DNA of 64,000 nucleotides from Vitrella brassicaformis CCMP3155 (Eukaryota; Protista; Chromerida): the NCBI GenBank assembly GCA_001179505.1, contig CDMY01000770.1, forward strand, positions 186,001-250,000, in the 5' to 3' direction. The notes under the pieces were generated by a model that searched no databases, was not told where the DNA came from, and was given only the letters and a program-made list of their open reading frames with translations. Below, one piece after another: positions 24,301 through 37,542 of the stretch. Every line of letters begins with the position of its first letter. Position 1 is the first letter of the stretch. Both the position numbers and the translations under genes were made by a program.

Positions 24301-25780
24301 AGATAGAGTGCTTCACAGAGACAGACAGACAGCCACACAGCAACCACACACACACACACACCCCAAACATCACAACACGCAACGCAACGCAACGCACCAC
24401 GCTCGACGTTCGACGACGAGTCAGCAAACTCTCTCATATTCGCCCGACCCTCCTCTACCTGTGTGTGTGTGTCATGTGTTGGGAAGATGACTCCTTCACT
24501 GACTGTACACTCACTCACTGCAATGATGAAACAAAACAAAACAACACTCACTGCACGCCCCGCCCGCCCGTTGCCCCTTTCTGCCTGCCCTTCCCCCAAT
24601 GTGGTGTGTGTCTGCGTGTGATGTGCTCCCTCATCTGAGCAAAGACTAATCTACAAACATACATAAGAGACAGGCAGACAGACAGACAGGCAGATAGACA
24701 GCCAGTCGCTACGCATTGTCGGCAGCCAGCCAGCCAGCCATAAAATTACCAGCTAGTCAGTCAGTCAGTCAGTTAGCGGCGATCGACTCGTTCGGCTTTC
24801 CATCCATTCCCTCACTCCCAAACAGAAAGACAGAAAGGAATTCAATCAAAGTGTCTCTGTGTCCGTCCGGATGCTCACGCATAGCATGCAACACACACAC
24901 AGCATGGCATCTTATGCCCTCCCCAAGTCAGCATGGCATGCAACACACACACACACACACCCACACACACGAGCACAAGGAAACAAACATGCCAATGATC
25001 ACGTCACAACAGGCCCCCTGCCCTTCGCCCCCCTAGCAATGAAAGTCAACACAAGAGCACCATGCACCATACTGTACTTCTGTACGGTACGTATGCATGT
25101 GTCTGTGTCAGGGTGTGGGGTGGTGCATTGGGTTGAAAGGAAGGCCATTGCGAGAAAAACGAGCCCATGCTTCATGAAATCCTTTCGTTATCAAGATCAA
25201 CAAACAAAAGAAGCCACAGAAGGAAAAAAGAAACGATCGGTGTCTCCCTCTCCCCTTTCGTCCAGTGCTTACGGGCCGCCTGAGGCGCCCTGCCTGCCTG
25301 CTTGCTGCGCCGCTACCAACACCCGCCCGCCCGCCCGCCCGACAGACACACAAACCATTCACTGACTCACTAATAACGATAGATGGATGGAATGGATGCA
25401 CATATATGCGACAGCCCCCTCCCTCTTTCTGTCTTTCAAGCCCTTCGCTCCCCCGCTGGTGGGTTGGAAAAAGAAGGCACCACGTGTCGACCGTACGTGG
25501 CAGCGGGGCCCCCCCACACACACAGTCACGACACACGATCAGTGAGTGAGTGAGTATCAGAACACACCACGCAGCACCACGACATTGTTTGCCCTCTCTC
25601 TCCACTCCGCCCTTAGTCAGTCCCTCGCTCAACCAGAGTCATTGAATTACTCTCCTCTCCTCTCCTCCCCGCTCCCTTCCCCTCCTCTACGTACGGGCAA
25701 AAAAACAAACATACACTGGCCTGGCGGTATGGATGGGCATGGTGTGGTCAGAACCAAACCAACAAACACTCAATCAATCA
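21350..25780. repeat. ~4.4 kb microsatellite-rich non-coding tract (CA, GACA, GGCA, CAGT, CTCTC, ACAGC arrays)
   Basis: Dense simple repeats. The six-frame ORFs here are translations of repeats (THTHT, QTDRQ), and no spliceable coding exon chain was found. Confidence 0.7.
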
Positions 25781-25841
25781 GTCAGTAGGTGGGTCAGGTC
25801 GGGTCGGTGGGTCGACCCCTCCCCCCTCTAAACCACCCCCA

Positions 25842-27469
25842 TCAGCTCTCGGTGCCGCCCTGCTGCTGCTGCTCCTGCTCCTGCTGGAAGAGCTCCAGGG
25901 CCTGTGAGTTGTCCATGCTGTCGGTCGCGGTCTCGGGGCGGCCATTGTCGGTGCCACTGCCCTCTGCGGCCGACTGGAGAGCGTAGGAGGTGAGGGGAGG
26001 TGACGAAGAATCGAAATACGCCAGGTGGTGCTGCTGCTGCTCACTCTGGGGCGGGTAGAACATCTCGTTCGCCACACCAGCCGCCGCCGTGGTGTCGTGA
26101 GTGTGGGTGTCGGTGGATGGGGCGGGTGGGAGGTCCTCTGGCGGCGGTGGGAGGCCCATCATGCCCTCCACGCCCGGCACGCCGACGCCCATGGCCATGC
26201 CCCCCTCACCGAACCCCATCATGTGCATGGCGGCCGACTCATCGCCGCCCCACACGTCCACACCCACACCCACACCCACGCCCACACCCCCCTGCCCCAT
26301 GGCCATACCCATACCGCCCATACCGACGGCCACGCCAGCCATGTCGAACTCAAACGCAGCGGCCGGCGGTGGGTTGGGCACGAAGCACCCGTCCTCGCGA
26401 TAGTAGCCAGTCGACATGGCCACCATCTCTGCAGCACCATCGCCGCCGGCAGCACCAGCAGGAGCACTGGGCACGAACGCGACGGGGTTTGATGGGTAGA
26501 ACTCGTTGGAGAATGGGTTGAGTTGCGATGAGCATGGGCTGACGGTGGTGTTGGGGCCGTCCTGCTCCGATGCGGGTGGGGGGTAGGGGAAGGGGGGAGG
26601 GGGGGGCACGCCAGCCTGCATTGATTGCACACACACATGACACACACAGATTGTGAATGGATGTGTAAGGCAATCGACTGAGTGTGTTTCGTCATTACCT
26701 GTGCGTAGAAGCTGTCGGGGTCGTCGAAGGGTAGGGGTGGGGGAGGGTGAGCGGGGGCGGACGGGACACTGGTGAGCATGGGCAGGGTGGCATCGGGGGG
26801 AGGGGAGGGGGCGTGGACACCCAGATCCACAGACAGACCACTGAGCGTGCTGTCCTGCCACGTCTGATCAACCACGAACCAGTCACACACAGACACCGAT
26901 GATGCGAGTGCCGCCATCCATGCCTTGCGATGGCTGCTCACCAGTGTGCTCCCTTCGTATGCGGTGCTACCCGAGTCGAGAGGGCTTCCACACACCGAGA
27001 CACTCCCACCCTTGCCGCCCGCACCCATCCCCACCCCTTGCACACTGTCGTACGAACGCGGCGACTGCTGGTCCGCATCGCACGGAAACACCGTGGAGTC
27101 CACTGACGCACCGTCGCTGCTGACGTCATCCGGGTGGTGATGCGACCCCCCACCCGGCTGCTTCCCACTCGCCCGCACAGACGATCCCTTGCGACGCAAC
27201 TCGCTGGTGGCCGCCGCCGGTGGCTGTGTGGTCTTGTGGGTGAGCAGGGCAGGCGATGATCGGCTGCGTGTGATGGGTGGGAGGGGCTCGCCGATGTGGA
27301 TGAAGGTGTTCTTGACCATCCCGCTGTCCCGCCCCGGGTACGAGTAGATGGGGAGCTCCACCCGGGTGCAGACGAGGGTCTTCTTGGGCGTGGCTCTGTT
27401 GAGCGACACGTGTCTCGCCGGCTTGATGGGCAGTTGGCTCGCCGGGATGATGACCGGCGCTCCCGCCAT
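25842..27469 (-). CDS. Low-complexity, probably disordered protein with VKNTFIH / RSRSSP motif module, 2 exons
   Basis: Exon 1 27469-26699 (..DSFYAQ|gtaatg), intron, exon 2 26615-25842 (tgcag|AGVPPPP..GGTES*) joins in frame. Pro/Gly/Met-rich. Confidence 0.75.
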
Positions 27470-28168
27470 CCCTGCCGCCCGCGGATGGATGGTTATCCCC
27501 GCCGCCGGGGTGTCGTGCTCACGGTTGAACGGCGCCGTCTTGATCAGCTCAGCTATGACGATGATGACTCAGACAGAACAAGTCGTCCTTGACCAACACT
27601 CACAGGAACGATGAGCATGCGCTGAAGCGACGCGACAGGGTGGGAGGGGAGCTGTCAACGAGGGGGGGACTAGAACAGCGGACGATGTGTCGTAGGAATT
27701 CCTCCAGCGATGTCACAACCACCCCGAGCCAAATGAACGCCGGAATCAGCGCCCAGTTGACGAGGTTCTGATGGTGTGGCGATGGTCAAGCCACAGTGAT
27801 CCGAGAAGCCAGGGGAGGAGGTTTCACACGTCGATCATGCGAGTTTGAAACCTGAGCTTAGCTCGCAGGGAAAGAGAGGGGGGAAAAAAGGAGAGGGAGG
27901 GCAGCCTCGCTTGCTACCTGTAGTTGTCAGAGGTAACTGAGCAGCCCTGCATCAAGATCCTCATGTTTTGGTCACCGATAAACTCGTATGTCCTTTGCAG
28001 AGCCCTCCGGCTCTTCCCCCTCTTCATCTCGTAAGTTTAGGGAGTCCCAGATCCGTGAGAGCCCGCGCAGCTGTTTGTTGTGGCGCCGTCGAGGTGAGCA
28101 TGGACTGACACAAAGATCCGCATTTGGATGCATCTGTGTGTTCAGCACCTGCGGCAGATCTTGAAGAG

Positions 28169-31100
28169 ATGACCACCCGACTGTCTGATGAGGCAGCAGC
28201 TCAAGTGGACGCCCTTCTCGCGTCGACGGACAGGACGGCGTTCGAGCAGCGCCTCGATGCCCTTCATGACACTAACGCAGCCAGCGACGGCATCAACTCG
28301 GTGGCCATTCTCCTCCGTATCCGTGACCGGTGCAGCAGCCCCGCCACGCTAGCGCGTCTCGTGTGGACCTGCGTCATGGATAGCGCGGCGCCATCCCACC
28401 GCAGGGACACGGCGCTGTCCGTCGCAGCACTCCTGGCGAGCAACGACACCCAGCCTGCCGTTCGGGATGCCTTTATCCAGGAGCTGATAGTGCACAAGGC
28501 GTCGCCGCAGAGGCTGCTGACGGCTGCGGTCGGCCTCATACCGGCGCTTGGTGATCGCAATCCACTACTGGTGATCATCAGGACCACAATGCTCTGAAGA
28601 TCCTCCAGTACGGCAGGGCGATCGACAAGACGCAGGACTTCCACGGGCATCTGGTGGCCAACCACATGGACTTCCTGCACATGGTCGACGACATGGCTGC
28701 ACGCAGGTCAGTGCTCATGGGTGGACAGATGGACGGATGGACATAGGTCGTTGACTCCACTGGCCCCTGCTTTGCAATCTGTGCATTGTCAGGGATGCGC
28801 CCACAGCTCCCTTGTTTGCTCCGGATGTGGTGATGATGGAGTTCATCAGGAAGCTGCTGGAGGGAGCGACGCCGTCGGCCGCCCTGGTGTCCTTGAGGCT
28901 GGCGTCTTTCCACAGCCTGATGGCCATGCCGCCAAGCGAACGCTTGCCGACCTTTGAGCTTGCGTGGAAGATGTATGTGTTCGTAGTGGAGCTGTTGTCC
29001 AACGGTGAGTCAGTCAGTCAGTCAGTCAGTCAGTCCGTTGCTCGAGCGCTGACCAACGGTGGCGTTGGTGATCAGTGAAGCTCCCAGATGCCTGGCAATC
29101 ACATGTATGTGCCCATGTGTGTGACTGGTGTGCAGAGCGGGCGAGCGAGGCCTTCGCTGCGGTGTCGGGAGGGCTTGAGAAGCACGCCTTCGTCTATGCA
29201 GATCAGCTCGGGGGCGTCACGTCCACCAGTGCGACACCTGCAGACAAGTGGGGGGCTTCTGTCAAGTTGGGCGCCATCACCAGACTCATCACTCTGCTGG
29301 ACATTGCGGAAAGAGAATTCCCAGGTATGTGTGCCACGCAGGTACATGTGCACCAGGCCAGCCTCTCTCCCTGAATGTGTGTGTGTGAACAGAGGCGTCT
29401 TGTGAGCATGGCGGTGAAGTTTATGACTTCGTCGAGAGAGTGACCCAGCCGGCCGTCTTGGGGGGCATATCGAGTGTCCTCAGCGACGTGGCTCCCACTC
29501 TAGATGGCCACACAGCACCGCCGGAGATCAGCATCGCTCTCTCGACGCCAAAGCTAGCAAGTAGGTCACCTGACAGGCAGACAGAAAAATAACAAAGAGG
29601 GCAGTGAAGGGCGATGTTGTCTTGCGCTGCTGTCTGTTTCTTTGGCTGCCTGAGTGCAGGAAACACTCAGTCCCTCATCGAGTCGGGGCTGCCCGCGACC
29701 TTCGTCAAGCTCGTCAACGACGAGAAACTGATGCGCGGCGAGGGAGGGCTGATGGTGCTTGGCTTTCTCACGCGCCTAATGCAGATAATAGCAGCCTTCG
29801 CACCTCAGGTACATCTGTGGGCCGAGTGGGGTCCCTCTCTGCACATGTGTGTGTGTGTGCGCTTTGCTCGGCAGGTCGCCATCGGGGAGCAGTTTGCTCC
29901 TGTCGTGTGCAAGGCTTTGCTCCGCATGTCGAGAGGCTATCACGGCAGCATTCCAGAGCTCGAGGGCCCAGAGCTCGAGGGCCCAGAGCTCGAGGGCGCC
30001 GAAGAGAGTGTCGTCGACAGCGCGTGTGGCATCCTGCAATCACTCATCAAGTTAGTGGGTCACTGACACTGACTGGCGGCGCAGCGCGACTTTGTCTGCG
30101 CTCCCGGCATGCAGATATGGGGAAGAGCGGATGGGGCGGAGGGGGCACACCCGCAACAACATCGCCACAGAAATCCTACAAGTAATTGTGCACACACAAT
30201 ACGCACGCCAAGACAATCCCAACAAGGGGGCCATTCTTTCCCTGTCTCTGTGGTCAGCTCGACTCTGTCAAGGCGCTACGTGGAGTAGAACAGCGCAAGG
30301 GCAAGAGGGACAAACGACTCAACGTGCCCGAAAAGGTCAGCCGAGACGCACACCGCATCACGTCACGTACACACACCCCCAGGACTCTCTCTGTCGTGGC
30401 TATCCTGATCATTTCATGAATCGACATGCAGGTGCTCGCACTATTTAATCGCATCGAGAAGGAAGAGGACAAGCGCTATGACAAGGCCCTCGACAACATG
30501 TCCTTCGACGACCCGCCCCAGCCCGCTGCACAGCGCACCACAACCAGCACATCATCCGGCAAGAAGAAGCGACATAACAACAAGAAGGGCAAGGGCGGAG
30601 GACGGGGAGGCGGCCAGAGCACCTCGGCGGCTGCCAGTGCATCGTCATCGAGCGTCGCTGTCGAACACACACGGTGGCAAAATAGCTTGGGGACGGGGCC
30701 CGCTAATCGATATGTGACGTGTCATGTCCTGCCTTTGTTGCTCTGTGTGTCGGTCAGCGCTGAGTTGTCCGATGATGGTGGCGCGCCAGCTGATGGCGAC
30801 GATGGGCCGGATGGCGACGAGCAGCAGCCATCGGTGTCCGTAGGCGGTCTCCCAAATGATGTCGATCAGGGGTAGGCACAGCTCATACACACCACACACA
30901 AACTCAAGACGCCAGCCAGGCACATGAAGTCGTTCACTTCTCGCATCCTTCCATCGTCGTCTGTGTGCGGTCCTTTCTGTCAGTCGTCTGCCGTGTTTGA
31001 CCCCTCCACCGTCCTCCCCTCCCCCTCACCCGACGCTGCCCACACCTCCACCACCTCCACCGCCCTCTGACTGCCCCCAGCGGCACGACAAGGACAGCAG

Positions 31101-31258
31101 GGCCAAGACCGCTTTACAGCCAACCATGTCGCCCGCTCAGCTGGCATCCCAGGAAGCCGCGGCCAAGCGGACTGAAAGCCAGAAGGAGGGCAAAGGCAGA
31201 GAGAACCAGACGGCCAACAAAGGCAGGGGCAAGAAGACCAAGAGCGGCAAGGGCCGAC

Positions 31259-31290
<32 letters not shown>

Positions 31291-33612
31291 CGGAATGAGG
31301 CGAGCCCCTCTGATTCGGTGGCGGGGCCATCGGCGCCCTCCACTGCCGCATCCACCAGGTACAGCCGTGAGCCACCATGGTGACTGATGGACACCTCACT
31401 GCCTGTCTGCCTGCCTGTCTGCTGTGGTATGTCCAGCCGGGCGTCGGCTGCGGCTGATGAGGCTGAGGCGGGCCAGCCGGAGCCCTCCTCGTCCAGTGCG
31501 ATCGACATGTGAGCAATCAATCCACTTTGCCATTGCCTACCCATTCCCTCTGTCTGTCCTGTGGCTTCTCTTTGCAGGTCGAGTGTGGCCGCTGTGCCGT
31601 CCGTGTCAGCGTCGTTGGCGGACGGCGATCGGCCTGGCGGCGAGGCAGTCGAGTCGGCGGCTGATGCCATTGGAGGCGACGGCGATGGTGTGGTTGAGGA
31701 CGGTGAAGAGATGCTGCTCAATTCGGCATTCGCACGGCGCGCAAGAGAGCAGATGAGTGGGGGCAAGAAACAGAAACAGAAGGACAGTAAGAGCAGCACG
31801 AGGCCCACCCCAACGCCCACATGTCAGCTGAGCAAACCGTCCCTGCCGTCATTCCAGCCCGCGGCCGAGACCAAACAAGAGGAGCACTCTATGCCTGCCG
31901 CCAATGAGGATCGTCGTTGCGGCGGCATTCGGATGCCCTCACCCATTCCACTGTCGAGTGCTGCATTCTCTGCGGGCCAGTTCAGCAATGGGGGGGCGGT
32001 CTCCCGTCAGCCACCTGCTGCCATGCCGAAGCGTCCCTCGATCCGTCCGCTACTGTCTGAGAATGAGAGCCCGTCTGGCTCTTCGTCCCCTCCTCCCCGG
32101 CCTATGCGAGGTGGTGGGGCGGGGAGGGGCCTCATGACCATTTTCGCCCATGAGAAGCTCACCCACCCTCCCCCTCCTCCCGCCGTCCCCTGCCCCCGGC
32201 TCCCGTCGCCCCTGGAGCTGCGCAACAGACCACCAATGTACCACACCGGACAAGACGACCAGCAGCAGTCGACACCTGAGGAGTGGCCAAGGTAAGGCCA
32301 TCGCAGACAACTGCCGATGACGGCATGTATGTGCAGCCCCCGCCGGGCATTCCAGCGCCACCCGCACCCCACTCACCGGTCGACTCAAGGTCAGACATTA
32401 ACGACACACGTCAACGCCTGTATCGTCTGATTGATTGCTCTGTGCCTGCCATGCCATGTTGTGCAGCAGTCTCCCTCCAATGAGTCATTCGATTCCTGTG
32501 AGCTGCGGTGACGGCCCCCAGCCGTCGGGCGGCTCTCCTCTCCATTCATTCGGTTGTCCACATCCATTCCAGTCTGGCCCACCGGCTCCCGCTGCTGCTG
32601 CTGCTGCTGCTGCATCGTCATCATCTAAGGTGCATTCTATGGCAACTGGCCGGCGGGGCCGTATGCGGCCGCTGAGGGGGGCGACTATGGCGAGTGGCCT
32701 GACTATGGCCACAGTGATGGTGAGGAGCCTCCCTCACCACCGCCCCCGCCCTTCCCCATCTTCGAAGCGGACGAGGCTCACGCACCAGACAGCACGGGCA
32801 GTGGTTGGAATGCGCTGCCGATGGGGTGGCTGGGCGGCCAACAGGGCACCGACAGGGCCAATGCTGCTCATGGGTAAGCCAACGGAACAGGGCAGCCCAG
32901 ATGCTTTGGCGTATGCCCATCTTGGTGTCGTGTGTGTGTGTGGTGTTTGTAGGCCCTTTACGGGTCCGCCATCTGTTGCGACTGAATTGCAGCGAGAGAG
33001 GGAGGAGCGGCGGAGAGAGAAGGAGCAAGACGAACGCGAGAAGGACGAGCTGCGGCGCCAGTAAGGCAACACGCCGCACACACGGCAATCAACGTATGAC
33101 TGAGTCTCATTGACTGGTCGCTGTGGTTGTCTGGTTCGTTCAGGCTAGCTGCCCTGAGCTTCTATCAGCAGCAGCAGCAGCCCCCATCGTCCAGCAGCTC
33201 ATCCGCCCCACCACCACCACCACCACCACAGCCATACCCATACCAGCAGCAGCAGCAACTGCCGTCGGCCCAGCAAGAGGGAGATGGCCATGAGTGCGCC
33301 ATCTGCTTCGACGCGGCCCCCTCGGTCATGTACATGCCCTGCAGACACCTCCGGGTGTGCCGCCAGTGCTACGACCACCGCCGCAGCAAGCTACAGCAGG
33401 ACCTCCAGAGAGTGCGGGCGGAGAATGTGCGGCGGGGTAAGGAGAATGAGGACATCGAGAGGCAGAACCAGGGCCGCAAGAAAGAGGACCGGATAGCTTT
33501 GGTGGACCTGCTGGACGAGCCGGAGTACCTGTGTGAGCACTGCAAGGAGAGGGTGGTCTTCGCCGGGTCGCGCGAGGAGGTGCGGCAGTGGGCCGCGCGG
33601 GCAATCACATGA
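28169..33612 (+). CDS. Helical-repeat (ARM/HEAT-like) protein with low-complexity middle and C-terminal C3HC4 RING finger; possible frameshift near 28575
   Basis: The N-terminal exons are amphipathic helices, the middle is K/Q/P/S-rich, and the C-terminus reads CAICFDAAPSVMYMPCRHLRVCRQC..(54 aa)..CEHC. The first exon frame stops at 28597 while coding continues in the -1 frame (DHNALKILQYGR). (ELEGP)x3 15-bp tandem repeat at ~29955-29998. Confidence 0.75.
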
Positions 33613-34406
33613 CTGACCGTGCGCGCCGGGGTTGATACGACATCGCTGGATGGGGCCACAAGGGGAGGGAGGGAGGGACAGTGTTTTGTGGTGCCGGCTG
33701 CATATTGTGTGGATTTAACTTCATGCAGAGAGAGCGAGGCATCCGAGGGCTGTTTGTACGTTGGGGAGTGGGTGAGTTAGGTGCGTGTGTCTGTATTGCT
33801 CCCTGGATGGACTCAATAGTGTCTTCGTGTGTGTGCGTCCATGGCTGGCTAGGGCGGTTCCTCCCGACATGACGCACATATGGCGTCATGCGTATACACA
33901 TACATTTGTGTGCGTGGGTTTATCGAAATCGCTTCCACATGTGTGTGTGTCGGACCGTCAATCTCGCGGCTGCATCGAATCGCATTGAATGCATTTGTGT
34001 TCTATCGCGAGTGGTTTGTAGCACCTTGAACACTGAACGCCACGGCACACACGAAATGCAGCCGTATCAAGTCGACCCCACGCAGTCCATCCATCCATCC
34101 AGGCGACACTTGCCTCCTACACACACCTGCCGGCCCTCCCCTCTGCTATGAGGTGTCCGCCAACTCTGTACAGCTAGGCAGTCATCAAGACATCCACACA
34201 CACGTACACACGCATCAATGCAGGGATGCACCACACGAATGTCGCCAGCCACCGCCCGCTACTCACAGCAACTCCCCCAACTGCCGCTGTGCTACGATCC
34301 ACCACAATAGCCGGCCTGCCAAACAACCGCCAACACGCACAGCAGAGATGATCATCGTCACACGTACAATCGGACTGGCGTGTACACTATTGCCATCCCT
34401 CACCCA

Positions 34407-36568
34407 TCAGCCATTGCGAACTGCTACCACAATAGCAGCTCCACGCGTCAACAGATCCACGCGAGTGATTGTGAAGCCTCTGATGTTGGTGCCCTCGGGG
34501 AGGGAGTCGAGGATGGAATCATGCTGCTGGGGCGTCGTGGGGTCCACATCCAGCCTCACATGCTGCAGGCCCCTGACGTGGTCGATCAGCGATGAGAGGC
34601 GGGCGTACACGTGGCTGCCCACGTCCTCCTCACCAGCACCATCCGGCACTGAAAGAAGCCACACACACACGCACAGGACAGCAAGGGATGTTCGCGCAAA
34701 CGAAGACGGAAGGACACATCCCCCCCCCTCTGCGTACGCTTCATGATGATCCATAGGTCCTTGATCTTCGGCAATCCACCGGCCGCCCCCACCAGCTGGT
34801 CGACACCGACCTCAACCATCTCCACATTCCCCACCTCCCTCTCACTCCCAGCGCCGTCAGCACACCCACCTCGTCCTCACCACCCCAGCGAGTGTCCACG
34901 CCCCCCACCTTGTCAGGCATCTTGGCGGCCAGCAGCCGGCCCGCAGCACCACCCAATCTGCTGCCGATCCACAGGTGTGTGGCCTTTGGGAACGGCTGCT
35001 GCGGCAGGTGGGCGATGATGGAGGGATGGGGCGAGTCGGCGTTGGCGGGGGGATCGAAGTCATAGGCGTTGCGGACCTCCACCGAGCCGGCCTCGTCGAA
35101 TGTGAGTGTGTTGGCGATGTCGATGGCCGACTCGCTGGGATTGCGGAGGTCGTCAGTGAGGTCGTCCTGGGTGAGGGAATACTGCACCTGTGTGACCTGC
35201 CGAGCCAGCTGCTGGATGACGCTCTTGAGCCAGGGCGAGGGGTGGGTGGGGATCTCGCTGTGGTGGAACATGTTGAGGTCGAAATACGTGCAGACAGGGG
35301 AGCCAGGGGAGGTGAATGTGACGGGGGCGTCCTGTCGGCAGCACTCGGTGGCCAGCCGGTCCACGGCCAGCAGGACGGGAAACGTGCGGCGGCCAGCGTC
35401 GAAGAGATCACACGACACGTCCAACCGCTGGAGCGACCGTCGGCAGCCGCGCGCCAGGAGCACAGCCTGAAGGCAGGAACACACAAACGAGAGGGCACGA
35501 ACCAACTCACAGGCCCTGCTGTGCATTTCCTTTGTTGTTACCTGCAGCCGCTCGACGCCCAGCTGGTCGGTGCTATTACCACGGATCTTGATGGTGCCGA
35601 TGGCCTCCAGCTGGGAGAGTGGCCCTCCCTGCTGCCCAGGAGGGGTCTCAGGAATGCCCTCAAACACACCCGCCCACCCGCCCTCGTCAAAGCTGGAGCT
35701 GCCGCCCACAAACACACGCCGCAGGGAGCTGGATGTGCTGATGAATCGGCCGAGTGTGTCAGCATCCCACCCCTCCTGCTGCACGACAGCGAGAGAGGGC
35801 ACTCGCCAGCGGCGGTCGGCCAGTCCCTGATGGACGGGCATCAAACCGACGATGTTGGTGAGTGCCGGGAGGGCCGGGGGCGGGTCGGCAAGGGGTGGGA
35901 GGGGTGGGTGTGTCCTTGTGACGGTCTCCCTCTCCTTGCGGGTCAGCTGAATCCCCTCGATGGTGATGGTGTGCAGTGTGCCGCCCTCCATCTTGGCTGC
36001 ACGCCGCGCGGCGATATGACCCTCCACCATGGCAACGAAGACGTCAGAGCACCAAAGAGTGAAGCCAATGGGGTAGCAGAGGACGACACACGTCAGCTGT
36101 GTGAGCAGTGTCGCGAGCTGATTGACGAGGGTCATGGGCACTCGCTGCCACAACGACCGCTCCTCTCTGTGCTTGGCGCTGATGACGAGGCGATGCTGGC
36201 GGGGGGCCGCCTGCTGCCACGTCTGGTTGGACACACGGACCAGCAGATGGAGGGGGAGGGAGGCCATGACGATGCTAAGGAGGCCCGGCTGCACACAAAC
36301 CCACAGCACACATGACCGGAAGAGAAATCCATCAGTGCACACATGGCCTCAGTCTGTGGGCGGCTTACCGTGTCTGAGATTTGCTGTTTCTCTCCCTCTC
36401 ACTCACACCACCACCACCACCAGCGGATGCCGTTGAAGCCGCAGCAGCAGATGCAGCCTGCTCTTCGTCACGGCGAGACCTCTCCACCTGCAAACATGGC
36501 GCAACACAAACACAATCCACCAATGCAGTCAGCCATGGGCTGCGCCTCACCTGTCTATCGTTCTCCAT
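34407..36568 (-). CDS. LRR-like lineage-expanded family protein, paralogue 1 (frameshift near 34843; possibly a pseudogene)
   Basis: ORF 34741-36342 plus terminal exon ..VAVRNG* (34407). It shares blocks with paralogue 2: PALPALTNIVGL, WRVPSLAVV, GPLSQLEAIGTIKI, LLARGCRRSLQRLDV. The frame changes from ALGV to EREVGNVEM. Confidence 0.7.
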
Positions 36569-37080
36569 GGCTATCTGTGGTCGAGATGCTCTTGGCTGCG
36601 ATGTGATGTGATCTCGAGCGCCCTCTATGAGGCGGCTAATACCCGCTGCTCACGGTGTTACCAATTCCCTCCCTGACGCACACATACACAAAACCAGACA
36701 GACAGCAGGCACATGAGGGCGGCGCCGACGGGCGAATTTGCCTTCTCGCTGCCTGACTACCGCAGGGTGGACCGAGAAGGATGGCTCTCATTCAACCCAT
36801 CGATTTGAGGGTCAGCAGGCACAGTACGGGGCACCAGGCGCTCCTCGATGCGGAAGGCTGTCTGCGTCCATCTCCCGTCGTTTTCTGCGCTTCTCTCATC
36901 TGCGAGCTTAAGTTGGGGAGAGCAGAGGATTGGACTCATCGCAAATCGGCGAGAGAGCCTCCATATGGACTGCACATTCACACCAGCGCACGGCATGCAG
37001 TCAGCGCAGCCGTACGTATCAAGTCAAATGCATCCATGTGAAGCCGTTCCACTACATCCACCCATCAGGAGGCTGCTAAG

Positions 37081-37324
37081 TTGTGCAGGCACGGCAGACT
37101 CCAGCAGGCTGCGTGTGTCGGCGTCCAGGCCAAGCAGCTGCAGCACCACCGTGGTCGCACTTGAGCTGCAGCAGCGATCTCACGCTTGAGCAGACGAAGT
37201 CGACGAAGTCGGAGACGCCAGTGGGACCTAATGGGTTGGACACGCAGACATACGAACAGACAGACAGACAGACAGACAGACATTCACATGCAGGTCGACC
37301 TGCCCTCCCACCTGTGAGTTCGAC
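37081..37324 (-). pseudogene. Degenerate duplicate of the 3' exon and preceding intron of LRR-like paralogue 2
   Basis: Aligns with 37630-37898 (gcagactccagcaggctgcgtgtgtcggc.., gagctgcagcagcgatctca.., ggacacgcagaca.., cacctgtgag). A 1-nt insertion turns QLRCRAVFLQLLG into QLKCDHGGAAAAW. Confidence 0.8.
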
Positions 37325-37542
37325 AGCCAGTCTGGTGGTGTACGGGAGTCCATGATGCCTGACTGCATGTATGGGACCGTCTCGACACACGCGTCAACAA
37401 TCCTCACTTCAGCATGGACCACATAAACGTCTCACGCCGTGCAACATCTGCACATACATATACAAACGGCACGTGCACCAATTGATTCGAATGCAGGCAC
37501 GTCACATCAAACCGTCCCACTCAACGCAACGCCCGCAGCTAT

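Noticed and set aside
22631-25632. Many 100-180 aa six-frame ORFs
   Set aside because: They are translations of CA/GACA/CTCT microsatellites (THTH, QTDR, SVCL), with no splice chain or protein-like composition.
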